Below, one piece after another: positions 1 to 10,700 of a stretch of DNA of 64,000 nt (its first letter is position 1; each line of letters opens with the position of its first letter). The notes below the pieces were generated by a model, which saw nothing but the letters and a program-made list of their open reading frames with translations, was not told the origin of the DNA and did not search any database. The position numbers and the translations under genes are program-made. Source of the stretch: Picochlorum sp. SENEW3 (Eukaryota); assembly GCA_034226945.1 (NCBI GenBank), contig CP120456.1, positions 744,001 through 808,000 of the forward strand. Direction: 5' to 3'.

Positions 1-2219
1 CAATGTCCACCACAGGCTCTCCATGATTTTTGCCTTCTTCTAATTCACTGCTGTGGCTCATGCCCAGCGAAGGCCCCTGATAATGGCATTCATTATTGTT
101 TCCAAAGTCATCTGCATCCTCACTGTCAGTGAAATCCTTCAGGCCATCTTCACTGCTAATATGAGAAAAATTATCGCTATTATCATGTTTTTTCCAAAAT
201 ATTCTCAGTGTCACAATCTCAAATATAATCTGCTTCGCTCCATACCACAAAGTGCTGACAAAGGCTTTTGCAACTCCAGAATATGAATTATCGTCCCATG
301 TGGCATTTTTACCTTGGCTGATTTCTATCACATCCTCAGAAGACTGCCCAAATGATTCCAGCTTTTTGGTAAGATCGACATATTTGGCCACAATTTCCCA
401 GTCAGCCCCAGCAAGAAACACATCATCATTATCCTTGTACCGTTGTATGCAGAGTCTTGTATGCTCCAAAAATGTCATTTTAGCTTTGTTCTGAATCATT
501 TTCGCTTCTCTCGAGGTTTCATTCAGCTTTAAAGACTTCAGAAGTGGTGCAATGAGGGGGGCGTTGATAATCAGAGTGAGAACCACAAAACTTGCTGTCC
601 ACAAGGAAATATCAGAGATGACAACCTTCTCCCCATAGTCGCCAGAATATGAGCTCGAAGATAACGATGCCAACATGATGAGAGAAACGGCACCGCGTAA
701 TCCAGACCAACCGGTAAAAGCAATCTCCGCAACGGTAAGAGGTTCACCGACCAGATGGAAAAGAGGGTTGAAAAGTGCAACACAGCCAGTCCTAATGAGT
801 AGCATGAAGATATAGACTAGAATGATCGATGCATAGGTCATTGCATCTTTTGGAATTTGCGTAATCGATCCAATTAAGAAGTTTAAAGATGCCACGCCTG
901 CCCAGAAGAACACCAAACCATTTGCTGCGAAAGATATCATGTCCCAGACTGCTTCAAATGCACCTGATTTATATGACGAGCCCGTCATACCCCACAGCAT
1001 GGTCATGTTCCCAAACAATCCAAATATTACAACAGAAATAACCCCAGATCCTCCAGCCACCGCATTTGTGATATAATATGATAGATACGCCATCGCTAAC
1101 ACATATGTTGCCTCAATGTGAGCACCTGTATACAAGAACTCTGGTAATGTGCTAGGAAAAGACAAAAGATACAAGTCTGCTGCATACCTGCCCCCCTCCA
1201 CCGAATCCACCTCATGATATAATATGAAATCATAGAGAAACCCAAGCCTATCCCAAATCCAATGGATGATAACTTGATGATATCCACAATTATAGTTGGT
1301 ATCACACTCCACACCGAGGGAGAATTTGTTGTAGACGCATCTTCAATGATCTTCTGGAAAACTTCAAACAATGTGATACCAGTGGCATCATTCAACAAAG
1401 ATTCTCCTTCCATGATAGCTGTCAATATTGCTGGGCCATGTACCTTTTTCAAAATCGAGGAGACTGCCAGGGCATCTGTTGGAGCAATGATGGATGCAAA
1501 CAGTGCACCATACACCCAGCTCCAACCCGGCGAACCGTCAAATCCCAAAACAAATAAAATCAAGGAAGTTAAAATAATTGCAGTGATGATGACCATAACG
1601 ACCGCCAGCATAAGAGAATGAAAAATTGTCTTCCGAAACATATAAATGTCAATTCGAATTGCCTGTTCAACTATCAGCGGCGGTAGGAACGCATAAAAGA
1701 AAAGATCAGCAGGCTGAATTCGTAGCCATAATGTTACTGCATTTCCAATCTCTAACAGGTTCACGTAGTAGTTGAGTATTCCCAGCAGAGCTCCTGATAT
1801 GAGAACATAGACAGTTGACAACTTCCCAAACAAAAAGCAGGTTGCCAACAATGCAAGAGAGGCAAATAAGAAAGCATCATAGCCTCTTAAAGGTACTGTG
1901 CAGTAATTAAATGTATCTGCAACAGTCAATGCTCCTTTAATTTCAAATTCAGAGAAGAAGAACAAATTTGACCATTACCTGGGAGGTATACTCTGTTTGT
2001 AAGGGTTGTGTTGAAGAGCAAGCAAACAACACCGCCCCACGTTGAAGTGTAGTTATTGAAGGCATATATACTTGGCGGATCTGTCACATTCAAACGCATT
2101 GACTCGCAAACAACTTGCGAACTTGCATCGTCCAATGTCAAACATTGCTCCTCAGTGTAGTTACTATACGCCGCTAAATCGCTAGAATAAAATGCTGAAC
2201 TATCAAAAGAATTGGCCAT
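1..2219 (-). CDS. CPA1 Na+/H+ antiporter, SOS1/NHX7-like (3'-partial, runs off window start)
   Basis: Multi-TM ORF with CPA1 motifs LFFYAFLPPLI, IIAPTDALAV, EGESLLNDATG and, in the next exon, GLRGAVSL. GT-AG introns at 1917-1978 and ~1126-1187 join ORFs 1926..2282, 1096..1965 and a frame open to position 1. First ATG at 2219. Confidence 0.88.
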
Positions 2220-2581
2220 AGAGATTCGTTGAATAAATGGCAATTCACAGCACTCAGGCGGAAACCTTTGACCACAAGTCACGTCGAACAGTAGGACACG
2301 GTTTTAAGGTTCACCCGCTATTATTGTCGCAAATTAATCCATAATCTAAGTTGAACAAATATTGTTACTAATACAGTTTGCTGGATACGCATTACCAAAT
2401 ATTGATGCGATCTTCTCCTCTCTGCGGAGAGGGACTGCAGTGGCTTGTCTCGTCCCATTCATATCCATCCATGCGAAGAGAAGAGTTTCGTGCCGGAGTG
2501 AATAGATGGGTATACAGAGGGCCAAGTATCTACACGGAGACACCATTGATCGGGAGTGGAACTCCATGTAGATGGCATACG

Positions 2582-4639
2582 TTGATTCCGTTGCGGGAGG
2601 GCGGTCGAAAGGAAATGCCCATCGTACGCTCGCTCTCCCATCCAGCACCCGGCGCCATGGGAGGGGATGAGGGCAGGACCCCCCAGGCGCCATCGGGACC
2701 CAACAACCGCTCAAATGCACCACCATGCCAACCACCTCCCGCAAACAAAATACAACAAACAACATCGCAACGTCAGATAACTGACACTCAAAACATACAC
2801 GTGCTACCGTGACTGCCAAACAACCACGCAGGCACCACAAACACAAGGGAACTCGTTCCACTGCTCACGATCTGATTCGATTCGATTCGAGTTCATACCG
2901 ACTCGCTCATCAAGCGCGCATTGCTGCTATCGTTATCCAAAGTACGTGTCTTATATCATATTACAGTGTTTGAGCCCCCGGGGAGGTGGGTTTGGGGGGC
3001 ATGGTGGGTGGTGACACCGGGAGTTGGGTGGCGTTGTTAACACACGAGACCCGCTTCGTCATGGCCTTGCCCGCTGCTTGCCAGGATCCCACCTGGAGGC
3101 CTGGCGGTGCCCGTGCCTTTGTGGATGCCACCGTGGACATGATGATGATCTCACACGTATTTCTGTGACATGCTGCAGTGGCCAAGAAGTTCAGACCACG
3201 CCGTGCCAACACGTGGAAGCACCCCACGCCGCTGTTCCAAAGAGGGCTCCTGGAGGTGGCGGTGCCGGAGCCTGCCGAGCAGTACTCCAAGGCTGCCAAG
3301 AAGAATTTCAGGAGGCGACAGAACAGGCGTGCCAGGAAAGCAGCGGCCAACATGGAACAACATCTCACCGTGGCTGCAGGCGTCGACAGCAAGGCAAACT
3401 GGACAGTCGTCAAGGATAGGGATACTGCTGTCAAGCACACCATTGCTGTCAAGCAGACGTCCGTTGTTGGAGCCACTGCTCCAAGACGGCCTCATAAACC
3501 ACAATCTACCATGTCCATCAAGACCGTGGACGACTTCAACTATACCAAAATCAAGCCAGCTTGGTAAAGGAAAAGTTTATGGAGTGGTGCCTTCAGTCAA
3601 GGCACCCCAAGTGTGATGCCTTTCCAGCTTGGATGGAACACTGCTTGAGAGATCAAACTGGTATCCTCGGAAACAGGAGATGCTCAGCAACGAGACTGCA
3701 ATGGAAGTCACACATTCTCACACTGTATGAAAATGCACATGTTTGTATGAATCAATCACGCCATGACGTGTAACCCTACTATGCTTGTATCTACTCACAC
3801 CACCTGGGCACACGTGTGTCAGGCCTGCCATCATCCTATCCAAGGAACTCGTACTGCCCTTGCGTTCCAACGACATTTGACAATCTGTTGCTTGGTGGTG
3901 CTTTGATTCCGTTGCGGGAGGGGAGGAAAGGAAATGCCCATCGTACGCTCGCTCTCCCATCCAGCACCCGGCGCCATGGGAGGGGATGAGGGCAGGACCC
4001 CCCAGGCGCCATCGGGACCCAACAACCGCTCAAATGCACCACCATGCCAACCACCTCCCGCAAACAAAATACAACAAACAACATCGCAACGTCAGATAAC
4101 TGACACTCAAAACATACACGTGCTACCGTGACTGCCAAACAACCACGCAGGCACCACAAACACAAGGGAATTCGTTCCACTGCTCACGATCTGATTCGAT
4201 TCGAGTTCATACCGACTCGCTCATCAAGCGCGCATTGCTGCTATCGTTATCCAAAGTACGTGTCTTATATCATATTACAGTGTTTGAGCCCCCGGGGAGG
4301 TGGGTTTGGGGGGCATGGTGGGTGGTGACACCGGGAGTTGGGTGGCGTTGTTAACACACGAGACCCGCTTCGTCATGGCCTTGCCCGCTGCTTGCCAGGA
4401 TCCCACCTGGAGGCCTGGCGGTGCCCGTGCCTTTGTGGATGCCACCGTGGACATGATGATGATCTCACACGTATTTCTGTGACATGCTGCAGTGGCCAAG
4501 AAGTTCAGACCACGCCGTGCCAACACGTGGAAGCACCCCACGCCGCTGTTCCAAAGAGGGCTCCTGGAGGTGGCGGTGCCGGAGCCTGCCGAGCAGTACT
4601 CCAAGGCTGCCAAGAAGAATTTCAGGAGGCGACAGAACA
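2582..4639 (+). mobile_element. Unclassified ~1.3-kb repetitive element as a tandem 1.5-mer (direct repeats 2582-3325 and 3903-4639 around a unique 3326-3902 core; pseudo-LTR-like)
   Basis: Near-identical direct repeats, offset 1321 nt at the start and 1314 nt after two small indels, one of them a GATTC microsatellite unit. A third, inverted copy lies at 16380-17677. More GC-rich than the flanks. No TG..CA ends, TIRs or TSD seen. Confidence 0.8.
2941..3567 (+). CDS. Element-encoded 129-aa basic protein (start codon split by intron 2942-3178)
   Basis: Donor CAAA|GTACGT at 2942 and acceptor TGCTGCAG| at 3178; splicing gives CAAA-TG-GCC-AAG, i.e. MAKKFRP. The ORF is identical in copy 3. Confidence 0.6.
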
Positions 4640-6060
4640 AGAATAGGAGGTTTTCTGTCGAGGAAGGGGCCGATACCATTATCCCTAGCTCTGTGAGGAA
4701 TGGGGGTGCAGGTCCTGAGGAATGCCACAATGCCAGCGGGAATATCTCTGCGCTTGCTGATGTTACGAATGATGGAGACTGTAATGTATCTCTGTCTTCC
4801 CATAACACGGATGTGTCTATTAAAGCAGTTTCAGATACGAAAAATGCGAGAGAGAGCTGCTCCACAAGGCAGAGTAAACAAAGTCGTATGGACTCCTCAG
4901 AAGATGTAGCTTCATGTGACAAGGTTGCACACGTGTCAGGGTCCATCCCCGCCGCAACAGAAACCAAACCATTATCAAACAGCAAAATAGCAAGGAAGAA
5001 TCGAAGGCGAAGACGCAATAAGCTTGCAAAGAGACAAGAGAAGGAGGGTACACCCACTGTTGGCTTGGGACCTCAGGAAGATGAAATACCGTTATCTATC
5101 AAAGATTTTCCCAAGACTGGCATGACGGGGGATCACTCCAAGCATAATAACTACTATCAAAGTATTCAAGCCTATCGACAAGATCAGCAAGCTCCATACA
5201 ATAGACTCTTGATGTCACCATGGGCCCAGGTCAGCAGGGTACCAGAGGGAAAGCAAGTCATAGCCATGTATGAGGAGCAGAAGGAGGATGGAAACCGTGT
5301 GAGATTTGTAGACCACAATCGTGCACTCACATCGCTCGAAAAGATTGCCGGTGTATTGAGGTCTATTGATCTGGATTCGCTCACCAAAGATGAGGGACCG
5401 CATCCTCAAACAGAACAGGACAAGCACAACGGGTGGATACTCCTAGAAGAAATGGGAAGCATGGAATCACAGTTCATTGTTAGAAAATGTTTTCGAGTAT
5501 GCAAATCATTGCCACATCCCATCGAGTGCTACCAGGTGAAATGCATTGGAGGCCCTGCCAGTCATAATGGGGCTTTCTTTTCATTCTCCAACGACGGGAC
5601 CCCATGGAAGTTCACCAAAGAGTTTGGCGAGTACTTTTGCAGAAATCGGTCGAAATTCAACAGCCAACAAGAAGAGGAGGACTTTACGAGGAAGGAGAAA
5701 CAGCGCTTGATAAACGCAGGAATGAAATTAGGACCAGACCAAAATCCTTTGTCTGATGGCTTGTCTTCTTTGGTAAACAAAGGTTTTGTGTACCGTGGCC
5801 GGCCTCGACAAATCACCAAACACACAATTTTTTACAAGACAAACCTTGAAGACACAAATTTGTCACCTGCGTACAAGACAAAGATGCTGGCTTATAAGGT
5901 GTACTACAAGGTGCCTGTGCAATCCTCAGGTGCCATTCAGGATGAGTATCATCTCAGTGGGGAGCACTTATTCTACCCCTCCGGGCAACGGTGCGCCCTC
6001 CCAATCAATGGAAACAGCAAAAATCGAATGAATGATATTGTAGACTGCATATGCATATGA
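4255..6060 (+). CDS. 522-aa chimeric ORF: element N-terminus (~49 aa) fused in frame to a unique sequence of unknown function
   Basis: Same split-ATG intron (4256-4492). Identity with the element ends at 4639, and the frame stays open to TGA at 6060. Confidence 0.55.
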
Positions 6061-6113
6061 ATGCACGAGTTCAGTATTAATAGCCCCTCCTGGGATTGTG
6101 TCAAGTAACTGGA

Positions 6114-7460
6114 TCAACTATTCTTATATGCTGTTTTGATGCTTGGAACAATTTTATGATCCCATGTTCCCGTGTATGCTTTATAAAAACTGACCACAGA
6201 GACATCCTTATTCTCATCTGATGCAGCTCTTTTGAGAATGACTTCTTCCTCAGCAATCTCACAAACAGCAGGATTCTCAGATGCATGTGAAACTGAAACC
6301 CAGACATTTGCAGCATCTTGCACTTGGCCATCAGCGAGTCCCACCTGCAAAAAGTGCCGGCACTTCACTTCTATATCTTCACCCTTCTGTACGGTCTTCA
6401 CTCTCGGCACAACAGCCGCGTTGAGATACACCGTGCCTCTCGATTCATCCACAGCAACCATATTCCTATATCCTCCCTTTTTGAGGGTATGGTGCATGTG
6501 ACCAAACAATACTAATGATGCTATTCTTCCACACGATGATGCAATATCTAACGCATCGTCTAAATCAGGATCACCAAAATCATCAGCAGGCTCCATAAAG
6601 TCAATGCCACAAGGATCCTCTTGATTTCCACCAAGCCCAGCAGGACCATTGTGAGCAACAACCACCAAACATAGATCTGACGTGGCCTCATCCAAAAACC
6701 CATCAAGGATTCTAGTTGTACTATCATCTAATGAATGGACATCATAGTATGTCCGGTAAAAATCTTCAACAGCACTCCAATGCATACCACCTTTACTGAA
6801 AGGCCTTCCCCCTGCAAGAGCAATGCCAAGATCTCTAGCACTGCTCACAGAATACCCAATGTGATCATCCCCCAAGCAATCTAACATTTCTACTATCCTA
6901 TCAGTATTGTTAGAAAAGTTCTTCAAGGAACTTGATTGGAGAGCTGCTTTAATGGCCCTCTGCCTCCCACGTGATGTTAATGAATACCAAGCATCATGAT
7001 TCCCCAGTACCACCACCTTTCGAAGCGACAGAGCCGCTATCCTTCTAATAAGTTCCACATTCTCATTCCCGATATCTCCAACAAAGATGACAACATCAGG
7101 CTGAAGATATTCCAGAGCAATCTCATCCTCGTCACCCCACTGATCATGAACATCACCAATGACAACCAATTTAACCGATGCACTATCCTCACCCTTGCTT
7201 TCTTCAGGATTCAGAGATGTATTGGAAGACATGACAACACGATCCGGCGAACGAGCTGCTCCAGGAGTACGTACACGGACTCCTCTAGGGAGAACACAGT
7301 GGTCACCAAACCTGGATCGTTTTCTTTCTCTTCCAGCAAGATGGTCCACACAAGAGCCCCGTAATACATGAAATGATCTATAAAATCTTCTATTCACGTA
7401 AGAAATACCGCTGAAAAATGTCGATAGTCTTGTTAGAGCTGACATGCGAGAGACTGACAT
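6114..7460 (-). CDS. Calcineurin-like metallophosphoesterase (DevT/TIGR04168-like), probable organellar transit peptide
   Basis: Motifs GDVHD, GDIGNE, GNHDAW, AHNGP, FGHMH; S/R-rich N-terminus. Confidence 0.85.
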   Translation of the reverse strand: MSVSRMSALTRLSTFFSGISYVNRRFYRSFHVLRGSCVDHLAGRERKRSRFGDHCVLPRGVRVRTPGAARSPDRVVMSSNTSLNPEESKGEDSASVKLVVIGDVHDQWGDEDEIALEYLQPDVVIFVGDIGNENVELIRRIAALSLRKVVVLGNHDAWYSLTSRGRQRAIKAALQSSSLKNFSNNTDRIVEMLDCLGDDHIGYSVSSARDLGIALAGGRPFSKGGMHWSAVEDFYRTYYDVHSLDDSTTRILDGFLDEATSDLCLVVVAHNGPAGLGGNQEDPCGIDFMEPADDFGDPDLDDALDIASSCGRIASLVLFGHMHHTLKKGGYRNMVAVDESRGTVYLNAAVVPRVKTVQKGEDIEVKCRHFLQVGLADGQVQDAANVWVSVSHASENPAVCEIAEEEVILKRAASDENKDVSVVSFYKAYTGTWDHKIVPSIKTAYKNS

Positions 7461-7749
7461 GCCTCAACCCAAAGGTTCACTCTATCCTCGCTATCGTCTC
7501 CTCTGCTATATCAACACTTACATATCATTTATGTAATGAGATTCCAAGCAAGAGTGAGAGAGATCGTCCATCAGAAGAGATTGTCCCATGACAATGTGGG
7601 TACCCATCATGACGGAGAGCCTGCAGGCCCAACCATGGATGAATCCAAAGATCTTGCATTTGCTATGGATTCTTTCACCTCACAATGTTGACTATGCTTA
7701 TTTTAAAACATAATTGTGTCATTTTGGTAGCGAACGTGTCAGTTACACG

Positions 7750-10700
7750 ATGGTGTTTGAGCAGATGCTCTTGCCAAGTTTGACTGCATGTGCTCGGCAA
7801 AGGCTCCACGTTTCTGGGAATCTACGATGTGATAGTCGACATAGAAGGAGCAACATTGAATTTGATTCTTCTTGTCGATATATAGGAGCATTGGTAAGGA
7901 GATCTGTGTCGAGTTTTGCGTTCTCCTCCTCTCAGGAAGTGAAAAGGGTTGTCTTGAGGCAGTCATCAGCGCAAGGCGTGCAAACGAGTCCCACGCATTG
8001 GAGAGAGCACTTGGAAAAGTTGGCGGGAGCTGGAGAGCGAAGGAGCATTGAAGAATATATGGGTATTTTGGGTCATGTGAATGATTGGGATGAAAGGATG
8101 CAATGCCTCTCGGATGAATCATTGAGAAGGGTCACAAAGGAATTGAAAGAGCAGATTGGTCTTTTAGGTGGAGGACGCGATGTGTTGATGAGGAATGAAA
8201 TTCTAAGCAAGGCGTTTGCTGCTGTACGTGAAGCTTCGCGGCGTGTATTAGGAATGAAACATTATGATGTTCAGGTTTTAGGTGGTATTGCCCTTTCTCG
8301 AGGGACGGTGGCAGAAATGTTGACAGGAGAAGGAAAAACCTTGGTTGCAATACTTCCAGCGTATTTATATGCTTTAGAAGGGAAAGGGTCTCATATTATC
8401 ACGGTTAATGATTATTTGGCTCAGAGAGATGCAGAATGGGTGGGCAAGGTTTTAGAATTTTTGGGGATGAGCGTTGGAGTTGTGACAAGCAAAACTCCTC
8501 AGCATCTTCGAGCGAATGAGTTGGCAGCTGATGTTACATATCTCACAGCTTATGAATTGGCATTCATGTATCTCCAGGATAATAGTGCTCCTCCATCCTT
8601 CCCAGTGGTGCGTGTTGTGTATAAATGTGATTGTAAATTGTGTTTCTTCGTGGTGCTGACGTATATCATGCATTCTCCTACTCTTGCAGGCATTGAATAG
8701 ACCTTTGAATTTCGCTGTTGTCGATGAAGTGGATTCTATATTGATCGATGAGGCAAGAAATCCGTTCATAGTCAACATGCCTGGAACTGACACAGGGTTT
8801 GAGCAACATTGGATGGTTGCGGTTCAAATTGCGATGCAGCTGCAGGGCCCACCAGTCCCAGAAAATATGAATGCAGAAGATTTGATGAATTATTTCGATG
8901 GTATTCCCATGGAAGAATTCATGAATGTTGATTTTATACCAGATTTCAGAATAAAAGGGACAACAATAACTAGGAAAGGAATGGCAAAATGTGTCAAGTT
9001 ACTTGCACATCCGCATGTGGAGCGCGTTTTCATAGCTCAAGATGGGAAAGGGGCATATTATAGCATTGTTATTGACGTGGATATTGGTGATTCCCATGAG
9101 GACAGAGCCAGGTCTGGCTCCATTGGGAGGTTGATTATTAGGGAGGTTGATCAGAAACGTGAAGGAGGAAAATATTTGTCGCCTAAAGATGAGAGTGAAG
9201 CTTCCTACGAATTAGAAAATGCGTCAAAAGAATATGTGCTCGATACATTGGAGAAGGCCGGATTGACAGTGATGCATTATGAAGAAATAAGTGAGGAAAT
9301 ATGGGATGCTGCAATTCCCGCTGTGTTATGGAGTGGTGGTTCCAAAGCATGGGGTCGCTTCATGAATCAAGCTACTAGAGCAGTCCATGCATTTCACAGA
9401 AATATAGATTATATTGTCAGAGGTGGGGAGATTGTTGTCATTGATAGTGCAACAGGGAGAGAGAGGGATCGCAGCAGGTGGCAGGCTGGTCTTCACCAAG
9501 CTTTGGAGGCCAAAGAATTATTTCTACAAAGTGACTTCGATTTGAAAATTAGACCAGAGGACTTTGATCAGGGAAGAATAACATACCAGGTTTTGTTTTC
9601 AGAGTACCAGACACTGAGTGGTATGACTGGGACAGCTGCAACTGAGGCAGAAGAATTTGAAGAGGCTTATGGCTTGTCTGTTGTTCACATTCCACCTCAC
9701 AAGCCGTCAATGCGGATTGATGACTCACTGGAAGTGTATGGAGGTAAATCCCCTTGGTCTCAGAGGATTTTAGATATCGTCAAACAAGCAGTGAGACATG
9801 GTCGCCCTGTACTAATTGGAACAATGTCAGTTGAGGCCAGTGAGGAGGTACACAGAATCATCTCGAATGCTCCATTCGATATACGCCTCAGTGAAAAAGA
9901 TTTATTAATCGTTGCAAGTGCATTGAGCAAGGCACCCAAAAAGCTTCCTCCGCCCCCCAATATCAAGGAACTTGGTGATCAAGCAAGTACTAAACTCAAG
10001 TCTGCATACATTTTTTATCAAGGGCTGATGACTGACTACGATGAAATAATCTCTTATATGAACAGGTGCTGTCGATCAAAATCAGAAGTACCTCTGGAGC
10101 AAGGTGATGTGAGGCATGCGATGGTAGTGTTGCGGAATGTAGTCTCATCCAAAGCCTGGAGCTTGAAGAACTCCACGGAATTGGATGCAGTCGAAGAGAT
10201 TTACGAGATATTGGAGCATTCCATCACAAATTCAGCATTATCAAAGTCTATAGTAATTAATTTATTAAATGCAAGGCCAGAGAGAGCCCGGAAAGAAGCC
10301 GAAATCATTGCACAGGCAGGTCTGCCTGGCACAATAACTGTAGCAACCTCAATGGCTGGGAGGGGAACAGACATACTCTTGGGGGGCAATCCAAAAGGTC
10401 TTGCGTTGAGCGCTTTGAAGTTTCTTTACGGGGATATATTTGTCAGTGAGGCAGAGCAAGGGTGCTTTGCAGATATTCCACTTTCCAAATCTCATCCTGC
10501 ATTTATTCATGGTGAGCGTTCTATGAAGATGCACCTTCCTCAGGAGTTATTCGAAAGCTATGCAGCTTGTAAAGTAGCACTGGGGGGCCTTAGAAGGTCT
10601 CCAATGTCAGAAAATGATGCATCTGCATTCTTTGAGAAGGTTGTGGAGAAAACTGAAATAATTAGGAGTCACATGAAGATCTCATTGCAGCATCAATTGG

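Noticed and set aside
2595..2661. Possible HDV-like ribozyme at the element junction
   Set aside because: A P1/P2-like topology can be drawn, but there is no UCC-type L3, P1.1 G(G) or proper P3.
2346..5057. Many overlapping minus-strand and alternate-frame ORFs in the element (and their mirror at 16301-17745)
   Set aside because: Shadow ORFs of GC-rich repeat sequence with no recognisable motifs.
2544..6011. 13/14-nt inverted match (2544-2557 versus ~5998-6011) as TIRs of a larger element
   Set aside because: The match does not extend and no TSD is visible; likely chance.
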